52,606 nt of DNA from a virus. Lineage: Duplodnaviria > Caudoviricetes. Positions 44,810 to 52,606 of this stretch are shown one piece after another. Position numbers and translations under genes: made by a program. How positions within the stretch are numbered: position 1 is the stretch's first letter; the number at the start of each line of letters is the position of its first letter. The stretch lies in the IMG/VR virus record IMGVR_UViG_3300037540_000099, positions 1-52,606 of that record; one strand, given 5' to 3'. The notes beneath the pieces were generated by a model. It worked only from the letters and a program-made list of their open reading frames with translations. It was not told the DNA's origin and made no database searches.

Positions 44810-45328
44810 CTACTCGTCTTCATCGCCTTCGTTGATCCCGTTGGTGCCCGGCAGCTTGCCTTGTGCCGTCGCCTTCTCTGCGTCTCGCACATCCGGCAGG
44901 TTGCGGCCATGTCGTTCGGCGACCTCGGGATGCACTCCGCGAGGCGGCGGCCCGTGGAGAATGCCGAAGAGCTCCCGGTCGATCACGGCGAGCTTCGTCT
45001 CCTCCGGCAGGTCGTTCCACTGGTCATGATCGAGGGTGAGCTGGTGCGTCGGCCACACAAGGCCCTCGTCGGTCTCAGCCTGGAGTTCCTCATTGTAGAA
45101 CGGCTGGCTCCGCATGTGAAGCGGTTCGGCCTTCGCCAAGACGAGCCGCCCCTTGTCATTCCACGGCTTCGACGGGTGACTGCGGAAGACGACCGGCGGA
45201 AGCGCCGGAAACTGCGTTCGGCCATCGGGAGTGTAGTACGCCTTGACGACCTTCACGACAAGTCTTCCCGGCTCTCGTGTGCCCGGCGTGTAGCTGAGTT
45301 CTTGTCCTTCGTCCTTATCGGTCGGCAT
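44810..45328 (-). CDS. Putative phage metallopeptidase-like protein (degenerate)
   Basis: AGGAGG RBS; W..L....LAVIDREL...EVAERHG resembles the family pattern but lacks HExxH. Confidence 0.5.
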   Translation of the reverse strand: MPTDKDEGQELSYTPGTREPGRLVVKVVKAYYTPDGRTQFPALPPVVFRSHPSKPWNDKGRLVLAKAEPLHMRSQPFYNEELQAETDEGLVWPTHQLTLDHDQWNDLPEETKLAVIDRELFGILHGPPPRGVHPEVAERHGRNLPDVRDAEKATAQGKLPGTNGINEGDEDE

Positions 45329-45408
45329 GTCTGTGACCTCCTGGTTTGGTGGCGCTCCGGGCCAGCGGGCCGCGTCGGGGGTCGGGTTACCGGCCCGGGC
45401 ACCGTGCG

Positions 45409-46020
45409 TTATGGCAGTCGTCCCTCCTGATACGCCTTTGCGATCACGGCTCGGTGTTTGGCGTCGGTCTTCCTGAACTTCCCTCCGCCCCACTCGCGAG
45501 GTCGCGAGGGCAGGAACGTGTAGCGGCACAAGCCCTGCCCCCGGTAGCCTCGTTTCCAGCCAGTCCACATCTGCCCGACGTGGTGTGCGATGTGCGCCCG
45601 CGTGTCGGTCCTCATTCTCTGGTGCATCGCGGCGCTCGTGCTCTTCACGTCTAACGGCCCAGAGCAGGATCCGGGGGCTGTAGCGCCGACTTTGAGGCCG
45701 AAGTTCGCTCCACCGTAGACGAGGCTGTACCACCAGGCCGCCGCGAAGCCCTCGTCTCCGTACTTCTCGTGTTCCCGTATCAGCGTGCCCAGCCACGGGT
45801 ACATGCCGCTATCCGGGTAGAGGTCCTCCACAATCACCCGCGCCTTGGCGAGGCGCACATCATGGAGTTCGTCTCCGTGCGCTGCCCGCATCCCTACGAT
45901 CAGGCACCAGGCCGCGACCACGATCAACGCGCCCACGAACAGCGCGAGGTACAGCCGGTTCGCCGACCTCTCCGACTCCCGCTTCGTCGGCGCGTCAGGA
46001 TCAACGGGGACCTGTCTCAT
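45409..46020 (-). CDS. Membrane-anchored hypothetical protein
   Basis: N-terminal TM LYLALFVGALIVVAAWCLIV; GAGGAG RBS. Confidence 0.65.
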   Translation of the reverse strand: MRQVPVDPDAPTKRESERSANRLYLALFVGALIVVAAWCLIVGMRAAHGDELHDVRLAKARVIVEDLYPDSGMYPWLGTLIREHEKYGDEGFAAAWWYSLVYGGANFGLKVGATAPGSCSGPLDVKSTSAAMHQRMRTDTRAHIAHHVGQMWTGWKRGYRGQGLCRYTFLPSRPREWGGGKFRKTDAKHRAVIAKAYQEGRLP

Positions 46021-46277
46021 GGGGATGGCTCCTCGGGTTCCGATTCCTCACCCGGCTCGCCGATGGACTCGCGACCATAGACCTCGATCACATGCCGCAG
46101 GACCTTCAACGAATCACGGAGTTGCCGCATTGACACGGCCTCAGTCCGGGTGATCATGGCGTATATTCGGAAGCCATCCCGTTCGCTTTCTATCGCCGAT
46201 CGCTCCTGCTCTTCACGGCCCTCTTCGATTAGCGCATCAATATACTCCAGCACTTGCTCCTTGGTCGTGACCATCAT
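46017..46277 (-). CDS. Hypothetical protein
   Basis: GGAGG RBS; ATGA coupling. Confidence 0.65.
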   Translation of the reverse strand: MMVTTKEQVLEYIDALIEEGREEQERSAIESERDGFRIYAMITRTEAVSMRQLRDSLKVLRHVIEVYGRESIGEPGEESEPEEPSP

Positions 46278-46295
46278 CGCCTCCCTCTGGCCCGT

Positions 46296-46874
46296 CTAAC
46301 GGGCCTCCCCGATCTTCTCCTCGGCCGCTATGCCGATGCCGAGGGCGTGGCATTCATCGATGGACGCCTTCCCGCTGAGGCCTCGTTCTCCATAGAGATC
46401 AAGCGCCGCCCGGTGCATCTCCGAATCGCCCGCGCGACCGTTGCCCGTCAACGCCTTCTTCCCGGTTGCCGGTGCGATCTTGACGGGCGTCAAGCCTGCC
46501 TGCAGGAGAAGGGCACGGAGGGCTCCGCTGAAGTTACTCAGGCGGACCATCGACTGCGCCCGCCCCTGTTGGGCCTTCCGCTCCTTGCGACTGCCTCCGC
46601 TAGCCAGAGGCGCGAACTGGTCTTCGACGCCGACCACTTCCACATCCCACCGTTGGAGTATGCCGATGATCAGCGCCGCCTCGCGTACCGCCAGATGATC
46701 GTCGGTTGCAGCCTTCGGCAACCTGGGCGTCGTCTCGACGTGAACGATGTCCTGCTCAAAGTCCAGGATCGCGACAGCACACCCTCGGGCGAGGGATGGG
46801 TCGATGCCGGCAACCCGATCCATCGCCCGGGTGCCCTTTTCAATGTGCTGGAAGAGCTTGGCTTGAGGCATCAA
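46296..46874 (-). CDS. ruvC: RuvC-like Holliday junction resolvase
   Basis: GIDPS, VGVED, KKALTGNGRA, DE.HAL.I. Confidence 0.88.
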   Translation of the reverse strand: MMPQAKLFQHIEKGTRAMDRVAGIDPSLARGCAVAILDFEQDIVHVETTPRLPKAATDDHLAVREAALIIGILQRWDVEVVGVEDQFAPLASGGSRKERKAQQGRAQSMVRLSNFSGALRALLLQAGLTPVKIAPATGKKALTGNGRAGDSEMHRAALDLYGERGLSGKASIDECHALGIGIAAEEKIGEAR

Positions 46875-47293
46875 TCATCACCCGTCGCCGGCTTCTTCGG
46901 ATCGGCAACGGCTACCTTGGTGGATCTGTAGAGCGTCTCAGCCGCTTCAGTCACGTTGCGCCGCACCCGAGCCGCCTCTATGTTGAATGCCGTTAGCCAG
47001 GCCTTGACCGCCTTGTTGTAGCCGATCCTAGCGAGCGTTAGCTTGGCCCGGGCCGCAAGTCGATCCTCCTGCGTCTCTGGAGGCGGCTTGGCCGCAGCAG
47101 CTACGTCTTCAGCCGCAGCCAAGATCGCATCCGTGTTCGGCGGCGAGAACAGCTTCGCTTTCGCCACCAAGTCGACCACTTCCGGATTCGGCTCCTGCTT
47201 CTCCGCCTTCAGTCCTGGCGTACCTGCGCCTGTCATCGTCTCGACCTCCTGTGGTCTGATCGGCCCGAAGGCCGTTGTGCCTCTGTTGATCAT
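46871..47293 (-). CDS. Hypothetical protein
   Basis: ATGA coupling. Confidence 0.6.
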   Translation of the reverse strand: MINRGTTAFGPIRPQEVETMTGAGTPGLKAEKQEPNPEVVDLVAKAKLFSPPNTDAILAAAEDVAAAAKPPPETQEDRLAARAKLTLARIGYNKAVKAWLTAFNIEAARVRRNVTEAAETLYRSTKVAVADPKKPATGDD

Positions 47294-47550
47294 GCGTCGG
47301 CGAGCTCCCTCGCCAGCTCTTCCTTCAGTTCGAGTGCGATTGGCTGCATGTCGCGCGTGGCCTCGGCCAGCCGCCTTATCGTCGTCAGCCGCTTCATGCC
47401 GGATCGGTAGGCCGTCGGGTCTACCATCGGACCCAGTGCATCACAGCGTTCGATCCGCTGCAGGAAACCGCTCAAGTCCATGTCGCTAACGATTGCGGCG
47501 ATTGCCAAGAGCTGCTGTTGGGTTGCGGCATACTCAGCGTCCGTCATCAC
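47290..47550 (-). CDS. Hypothetical phage protein
   Basis: GGGGAG RBS; LGPMVDPT.YR motif. Confidence 0.65.
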   Translation of the reverse strand: MMTDAEYAATQQQLLAIAAIVSDMDLSGFLQRIERCDALGPMVDPTAYRSGMKRLTTIRRLAEATRDMQPIALELKEELARELADA

Positions 47551-47653
47551 TCCCCCTTTCTCCGGCTGGACGGATCACGGCGCCCTTTGCTAACCCGGTA
47601 GACGCCACCCACGGGCCGCACACATGGGCGCTACCGCCCAGCCGGAAGACGGG

Positions 47654-48073
47654 CTACAAGATCGACGCCTTGCATCGGGCGATGAGCTCAAGGTCGTGCG
47701 GTTCACCGTCCGCATCAGTCCACTCCACGCTGTAGGTGACTGCGAGCTTGACCTGGCCCTTCCAGGTGAAGCCGCGTGTTCCCCAGTGGAGATCCACGTC
47801 GGGGTCGGCGACCTCCTCGCTATTGATGATCACCTTCGCGTTTTCCGGCTCACCGATCAAGCGGCGTGTTGCGGTGACCTTCAGCTCCGCGCCATCGGCC
47901 AGCGTAACCGTGGCATGGATTCCAAGGCCCCCTCCGTCGATCACGGCTAACGGATCGACTGCTGCCATGCCCTGTACGCCAGGCAGAACCACATCGTCCA
48001 ACCGTGCCTTCACAAACGTGCGTGCTTCCTCCGTACTCTGAATGATCTTCAGCACTCTGGCTAATCCTGGCAT
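47654..48073 (-). CDS. Hypothetical protein
   Basis: AAGGAG RBS. Confidence 0.65.
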   Translation of the reverse strand: MPGLARVLKIIQSTEEARTFVKARLDDVVLPGVQGMAAVDPLAVIDGGGLGIHATVTLADGAELKVTATRRLIGEPENAKVIINSEEVADPDVDLHWGTRGFTWKGQVKLAVTYSVEWTDADGEPHDLELIARCKASIL

Positions 48074-48097
48074 CGTCTTCAGCTCCTTTCGGGTTGC

Positions 48098-48337
48098 CTA
48101 CTTGGGCGGCTGCCTCATTGAGGCGCCGCCGAACTCCACAGCCTCGGCCATGTCCGCTCTTCCGTGCGCGGCGTGGGCCTCACGGAGTTGGGCCTTGTAA
48201 TCCGCCCGCGTCAGTTGCCCGGTGAGCCGCCTGCGTATCAGCGAACGGATGGCCGCGATATGGTCCTTCTCCCGCTGGCCTCGGTGTCTCCACCGTGCCG
48301 GGTATTCAGAGGTCGCCATGTACTTGTGGTAGCCCAT
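48098..48337 (-). CDS. Small basic hypothetical protein
   Basis: TGATG coupling to dnaB. Confidence 0.55.
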   Translation of the reverse strand: MGYHKYMATSEYPARWRHRGQREKDHIAAIRSLIRRRLTGQLTRADYKAQLREAHAAHGRADMAEAVEFGGASMRQPPK

Positions 48338-49734
48338 CAGAACCGCCTCCCATCGTCCCGTACTGGAACGGGCGGCGGTTCGCGCTCTTCTTCGATGGCC
48401 GTCCAGCGGAGATCATCCCCGAGCCTACAGGGGACCTGAGCGACCGGCCCGTTGCGGTTCTTCTCCAGCGAGACTACGGCGTTCGGGTTGCCGCGTTGCT
48501 CTACCTGGGTCTTCCCATCGCGGCGGATGCTGACCACGGCGTCCGCAACCTCCTCCACGGCTTTTGCCCACTTGGTCACCTCGGTCCCGTCTTCGCGCAC
48601 GGTCACCTGCGAGACGGCCACGATAGCGAGCTTGAGCCTCTCGGCCTCGTTCTTCAGCGCATCGGCCAGGCCGCGCACAGACGCCTCGCTCGGCCCCTCG
48701 CCCGCGAAGGAAACCCGTTGGATGTAGTCTACGATCACGAGGCTCACATCGCGCTCGCGGGTCATCGAGCGTACTTGGGACAGGATGGCTGAGGGCGACA
48801 TGCGAAAGGCATTGATGTGGGTCACGTTGGCTTCGAGCACCTTCTGCGTAGCAGCCCGCACATCTGCTGTGAACATCGAGCCCTGTCTGCTTGCTTCGTA
48901 CACGTCAACCCCGCAGGCCATCTTCGCGAGGCGCGGGAGTGTCTGCTCGTGGAGGCTCATCTCCAGGCTGAACAGGGCGGTCGGTTCCCGGTGCTCAATA
49001 TCCATCGCCCAGTGCAGAAGGAGCTGGTAGGCGAGTGCCGTCTTCCCGCTGCTTGACCGACCCTTGAGGACCGTCAAACCCGGTCGCGGTAGCCCACACA
49101 TGAGTCGGTCGATCCGGGGAATGCCGAAGTGAGGTCGGTTGTTCTCCCAGTCGCCGAGTTCAAGGGCGAGTGATGCGACGCGCTCCTCGGCGTGGTGAAG
49201 CTCCGCGAAGTGTTGGACTGCGCCCCGCTGGAATGTGTGGTTCTCTAGCTCGGCGATCTCTGCTGCAGCCGTAGCCAGCACCGCCTCCGAACTCTCCGGC
49301 CCCCGGTAGCACTCAACGGCTACCCGACCCGCAAGGGCCGCGAGGCTCCGCAGGAGGGCGAGGTCCTTGAGGATCTGGCAGTAACGCTTGACGTGTGCGG
49401 CGGTCACGACTTCGCCGATGGTGGCCGTCAAGTACTCGGCCGAAATGCCTGTCTCGGTTTCTAGCTCCCCAACTCGACGTAGTTCCTCGGTGACGGTTAT
49501 CAGGTCGATCGGCTCCATGCGCCGATGGACCGTCAGCATGGACCGAAAGATCCGCACATGGGCGTCCCTGTAGAAGTCCCACTCGGTGACCATGCCGAAC
49601 GCGGCCTCCGCGGCCCGGCCGTCTATCAGAATGCTGCCCAGCACCACCTGCTCCGCCTGGAGGTTTTGAGGCGGGCGCAGATCCGCAAGCTCATGCTCTT
49701 CGAGACCGGCAAACAGGTTCAGTCCGCGGGCCAC
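48337..49734 (-). CDS. dnaB: Replicative DNA helicase DnaB-like
   Basis: PPQNLQAEQVVLGSIL N-domain, GRSSSGKT, FSLEMS, IVDYIQ, SQ, KNRNGP. GGAGG precedes GTG at 49734. Confidence 0.93.
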   Translation of the reverse strand: MARGLNLFAGLEEHELADLRPPQNLQAEQVVLGSILIDGRAAEAAFGMVTEWDFYRDAHVRIFRSMLTVHRRMEPIDLITVTEELRRVGELETETGISAEYLTATIGEVVTAAHVKRYCQILKDLALLRSLAALAGRVAVECYRGPESSEAVLATAAAEIAELENHTFQRGAVQHFAELHHAEERVASLALELGDWENNRPHFGIPRIDRLMCGLPRPGLTVLKGRSSSGKTALAYQLLLHWAMDIEHREPTALFSLEMSLHEQTLPRLAKMACGVDVYEASRQGSMFTADVRAATQKVLEANVTHINAFRMSPSAILSQVRSMTRERDVSLVIVDYIQRVSFAGEGPSEASVRGLADALKNEAERLKLAIVAVSQVTVREDGTEVTKWAKAVEEVADAVVSIRRDGKTQVEQRGNPNAVVSLEKNRNGPVAQVPCRLGDDLRWTAIEEEREPPPVPVRDDGRRF

Positions 49735-50756
49735 TCGCTTCCCTCCAAGTGCGCACGTCGCGCTGCCTTGACCGCTTGCGTCGTCAGCCCGTCCAGACAT
49801 GCCGCTAGTACCGGGAAGTCCTGTGAGTCGTAGGCCGGGTGAGCGGCTATCGCGCGGACAACATCCACGTCCGTCTCACGCAAGGTCATCGGGTCGGCTG
49901 GCATTCCCGGAATGGACTGAAGGATGCCATCCCCCTTCGGCCTAGGAGGACTGTTATCACCCTTCCCCTGCCAGTTGAATGCGCGGCGCATGTTCTCAGG
50001 TGCCATGACGAAGTACCATCCTACCAGGTCCTTCGCGTCCTTCGGGTCTGTTGACTCGTGCCCGCTCGCAGCCCACTCAAGCAGTAGTGCGGCGCCGCGC
50101 CGAAGCACTTCCTTGTGCAGGCCGCTATAGCCCTTCGGAGATCCACCCGGCCAGTCAAGTCCAGTGAGCTTCTCGAAGGTCTCTCGGATAGCGAGTTGCT
50201 CGGGTGTTTCCTTTCGCCGCTTCTTCTGCTTCTGAGAGCCCGCGTCGCTAGACGCGGAGGTTCTAGACGTAGACGTATTGTCTTTACTGTCTTTGACGTC
50301 TTGTGAGGCCCGGCCTTCCGCTTTTTCAGGAGGCCCGGCCTTCCTCTCCTCCTCGGGAAACAGCGTTTCGGAAGCGGAGGCCCGGCCTTCCGCTTTAGAG
50401 GAGGCCCGGCCTTCCCATTTGGGCCGCCTGTAACCGGAGGCCCGGCCTTCCGGTTTGGCCCACTTGGTGTAGTCCTTTTGGACTCCCAATTTGCGGCCTT
50501 CCTTGAGCAGTAATCCCCACGCCACAGCTTCGTCTACTGCCTGCCTCGCACGCCTCTCTGAGATGCCCATGTGCTTCGCGACTCGTGCCCGCGGGCAGGG
50601 CGCCACCTTCTCGTTCCAACCGTATGTCTCACGCGCCACGGCGAGCAATGCGGCCATCACAGACGGCGGGCAACGGAGCTTGCACATCGCCTCAAGTAAC
50701 TCATTGGCGAAGGCCGTGAACCCGTCCTCAAGTTGTGGAGAGGCTCCCTCTGACAC
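49719..50756 (-). CDS. Lambda O-like replication initiator
   Basis: QLEDGFTAFANELLEA...RETYGWN N-domain; internal iterons; upstream of dnaB; GGAGG before GTG at 50756. Confidence 0.88.
   Translation of the reverse strand: MSEGASPQLEDGFTAFANELLEAMCKLRCPPSVMAALLAVARETYGWNEKVAPCPRARVAKHMGISERRARQAVDEAVAWGLLLKEGRKLGVQKDYTKWAKPEGRASGYRRPKWEGRASSKAEGRASASETLFPEEERKAGPPEKAEGRASQDVKDSKDNTSTSRTSASSDAGSQKQKKRRKETPEQLAIRETFEKLTGLDWPGGSPKGYSGLHKEVLRRGAALLLEWAASGHESTDPKDAKDLVGWYFVMAPENMRRAFNWQGKGDNSPPRPKGDGILQSIPGMPADPMTLRETDVDVVRAIAAHPAYDSQDFPVLAACLDGLTTQAVKAARRAHLEGSEWPAD
50305..50451. repeat. Five 15-bp iterons GAGGCCCGGCCTTCC (probable replication origin)
   Basis: Exact copies start at 50305, 50330, 50377, 50401 and 50437. 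Each has a dyad AGGCC-C-GGCCT core. Confidence 0.88.
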
Positions 50757-50935
50757 GCCGGCCTCCAGACGCAGAGAAGCCCCGGCACTGCATCGCACCG
50801 GGGCTCTCATACGTGGAAAGACCCACGTCGGGAAGGACCGCCGAAGCGGGACCAATGATCGTGGGTCGTTTCGCCTGAGTTGGTCGGTTGTAGGAGCTGC
50901 TCATCATTGGTCTGCCCCTTCCCGAGGGCACCTCT

Positions 50936-50964
50936 AGTCTACCCTACATCCCATCCGAGGTCAA
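50936..50964 (-). promoter_or_regulatory. Promoter TTGACC-N17-TAGACT for the replication operon
   Basis: -35 at 50964-50959, -10 at 50941-50936. Confidence 0.7.
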
Positions 50965-50984
50965 GCCCGACACCCGCCCGCAAG

Positions 50985-51224
50985 TCAAGCGGGGTCGGTC
51001 TCGCTTTGTGCATACTGCTCGGCCGCGTGGAGACTCTCCGTCAGCTCGTCAATGCAGTCTAGCGGTATCCTGAGTCGAGTCACGACTTCCTGTGTCCCTC
51101 GGCGCGTCGTGCGCTCGCGAGACAGCCGCAGTTCTACCCAGCCAATATCCGCATCCACTTGCAGAAGCGGCGCACGCTCACCGCCGATGCAGAAGAACTC
51201 GCAGCCATATTGGAAGGCCATCAC
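50985..51224 (-). CDS. Hypothetical protein
   Basis: GGAGG RBS; GTGA coupling. Confidence 0.55.
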   Translation of the reverse strand: MMAFQYGCEFFCIGGERAPLLQVDADIGWVELRLSRERTTRRGTQEVVTRLRIPLDCIDELTESLHAAEQYAQSETDPA

Positions 51225-51460
51225 TCACCTCCCAGCGCGTCGGCGAGTATCGCGACCGGCTCAACCTCATGCTTGGGGCCGCCCGCCGATTGGTGGGCCA
51301 TCGCGCATTTCTCCAGCGCCTCCCGCAACCTGGTCGCGTCGTGGGAGGTGACGGTGCAGTCCACCCGCGTGAGCATATCAGCAAGGCTCTGTTCGAGTCC
51401 ATCCTGTGCGATGTTCTCCTCCCATGCGTCGTGGTACTTCACTACCAGCACCCGTTTCAT
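51221..51460 (-). CDS. Hypothetical protein
   Basis: ATGA coupling. Confidence 0.6.
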   Translation of the reverse strand: MKRVLVVKYHDAWEENIAQDGLEQSLADMLTRVDCTVTSHDATRLREALEKCAMAHQSAGGPKHEVEPVAILADALGGE

Positions 51461-51729
51461 GGCTTCTCCAATCCCGCGCCCGCGAGGTCAATGCGTGCTA
51501 CCGTTTTCTTCGCGAGCTTCGTGGTCTGCGTACTCGTCGAGACCTTGACGGTTCGCTCGTAGACAGTCACCTTGCCGCGAAACGTCCTCCCGCCATTCAG
51601 CGTAACGGTCGCCTCGCCTAACTCGTGCGAGAAGTCGAAGCCAGCGAAGGCGCCGAGCAATAGGACAACCGCGATACACAAGATCACGCTGACAATCGCA
51701 CCTTCAATCACGCCTTGCCAGAAACTCAT
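51457..51729 (-). CDS. Small membrane protein
   Basis: GGAGG RBS; TM AIVSVILCIAVVLLLGAFAG. Confidence 0.65.
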   Translation of the reverse strand: MSFWQGVIEGAIVSVILCIAVVLLLGAFAGFDFSHELGEATVTLNGGRTFRGKVTVYERTVKVSTSTQTTKLAKKTVARIDLAGAGLEKP

Positions 51730-51730
51730 G

Positions 51731-52015
51731 TCAGTCCTCCAGTCCCGCCATGCGGCGGAGGGCGGCGGCGTCTGCCTTGAATGCGTTGGCCTCCGCGTTC
51801 TCACTGATACCACGGGAGAAACGTTCGGCGCAGTCGAGGTCAGTTATGAGTCGCACGAACAGCGCCCTCTCCTCCTCCGTGAACCTCTCGCCGGGGTCGA
51901 GGCGGCGGAGGGTCCAACCGGGCAGCAACTCCTCTGCTAGCTTCCCAGCCTCAAAGGCGACTTCTGCCTCGCCTTGCCCTTCCGGCACCGTCAACTCCAG
52001 CAGGTGCTTAGGCAT
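51731..52015 (-). CDS. Hypothetical protein
   Basis: AAGGAGG RBS. Confidence 0.65.
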   Translation of the reverse strand: MPKHLLELTVPEGQGEAEVAFEAGKLAEELLPGWTLRRLDPGERFTEEERALFVRLITDLDCAERFSRGISENAEANAFKADAAALRRMAGLED

Positions 52016-52253
52016 CGGGGGCCTCCTTCTGCGCGGCTAGACGTTTTTCTTCTCGGCCGTCCAGGGCCTTCTGCGTGTGTTCGTCGGGCGAACTTGTCCC
52101 GTCCTTGTTGAGCACCTCGTAGCAGCCCAGGCATCGCCCGCTATTGGCTCGGCGATAGACTATCTTGGCCTTCCGATAGCTCCACATTCTCGTATACCAT
52201 TTCCCGCGCTCGATAAAGCACTTGCCGCACGTGCAAGAACCCTCGTCACTCAT
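52008..52253 (-). CDS. Small Cys-rich hypothetical protein
   Basis: GGAGGAGG RBS; CTCGKC...CLGC. Confidence 0.6.
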   Translation of the reverse strand: MSDEGSCTCGKCFIERGKWYTRMWSYRKAKIVYRRANSGRCLGCYEVLNKDGTSSPDEHTQKALDGREEKRLAAQKEAPDA

Positions 52254-52440
52254 CTCCTCCTCCTTCCCTCGGCTCCGTCTCCCCGCCCGGCAGGAGGCGC
52301 GTGCCGCAGTCGGGGCAGAAGTGGAGCCAATCACCGAATGCGTAGCGGATGTAACCTGGCAACTCCTCGGCAATCTCAATGACCCAGCTATTGTCAAAGA
52401 GGCACCTCCCACAATCCTCCGAGCAGACCTTAGTCGCCAT
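52246..52440 (-). CDS. Small zinc-ribbon protein
   Basis: AAGGAGG RBS; C..DC and FCPDCGTRL. Confidence 0.65.
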   Translation of the reverse strand: MATKVCSEDCGRCLFDNSWVIEIAEELPGYIRYAFGDWLHFCPDCGTRLLPGGETEPREGGGDE

Positions 52441-52479
52441 GAGGGGCCTCCTTCGGCTTGCCAATCAGCCGCGCGATGT
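52430..52479 (-). CDS. 3' end of the junction-spanning gene that starts at 703
   Basis: In-frame continuation ...DIARLIGKPKEAPHGD*. Confidence 0.75.
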
Positions 52480-52606
52480 CGTTGTTCGTCAGCGGGGCTG
52501 TTCCATCTGCCTTCCGCCCCGCCTCACATGAGGCAATCAGCGCCTCGCCGTCTGGCATCGGCCGTTCAGCCAAGTACGGGAAGCGGGCCTCGGGCTTGTC
52601 CGCAAT
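52480..52606. repeat. Terminal direct repeat, right copy
   Basis: Identical to 1-127. Confidence 0.95.

Noticed and set aside
45409-46020. Lytic transglycosylase
   Set aside because: Only a vague resemblance (GANF, GPLDV) and no catalytic ES motif; left as hypothetical.
50305-50451. Mini CRISPR array
   Set aside because: The repeats are only 15 bp with irregular 9-32 nt gaps, lie inside the rep CDS, and there is no cas operon. Iterons fit better.
50860-50910. Hammerhead ribozyme (ATGATGAG...GAAA on the minus strand)
   Set aside because: The core reads AUGAUGA rather than CUGAUGA, and I could not form the required stems.
51380-51410. tRNA T-loop-like GTTCGAGTCC
   Set aside because: It lies within a CDS, with no cloverleaf around it.

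Overview
This window is an apparently complete ~52.5 kb circular (or circularly permuted) GC-rich tailed-phage genome of siphovirus type. Bases 1-127 are repeated exactly at 52480-52606, and a gene reads through that junction. Essentially all real genes lie on the minus strand, so most + strand ORFs in the track are shadows. In transcription order: (1) a strong sigma70-like promoter at ~9690 heads early genes: RHH regulator, DUF488, RNase H, gp3-like protein, PD-(D/E)XK nuclease, ASCH and many small ORFs. (2) Replication genes: lambda-O-like initiator with five internal iterons, DnaB, RuvC. (3) TerS, TerL and a DNA methyltransferase. (4) Head genes: portal-MuF fusion, HK97-type protease, capsid, connectors. 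(5) Major tail protein, a frameshifted tail chaperone and tape measure. (6) A 9.3 kb, 13-gene, mostly translationally coupled accessory operon with its own promoter. It encodes an HTH-GT4 glycosyltransferase fusion, a sulfotransferase, a HEAT-like lipoprotein, a DUF1559/H-X9-DG prepilin, a secreted GH123-like glycosidase and a minimal GluRS-like HIGH/KMSKS enzyme. (7) Distal tail genes and a lysis cassette with an amidase-SLH endolysin. The prepilin style and SLH domain suggest an Armatimonadota-like host (inference). I recognised no integrase, CI-type repressor, tRNA or CRISPR array. The most interesting items are the accessory operon, especially the GluRS-like enzyme and the phage-borne pilin-glycosidase unit, and several promoter-linked structured RNA candidates. 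All calls come from reading motifs by eye; no searches were run.
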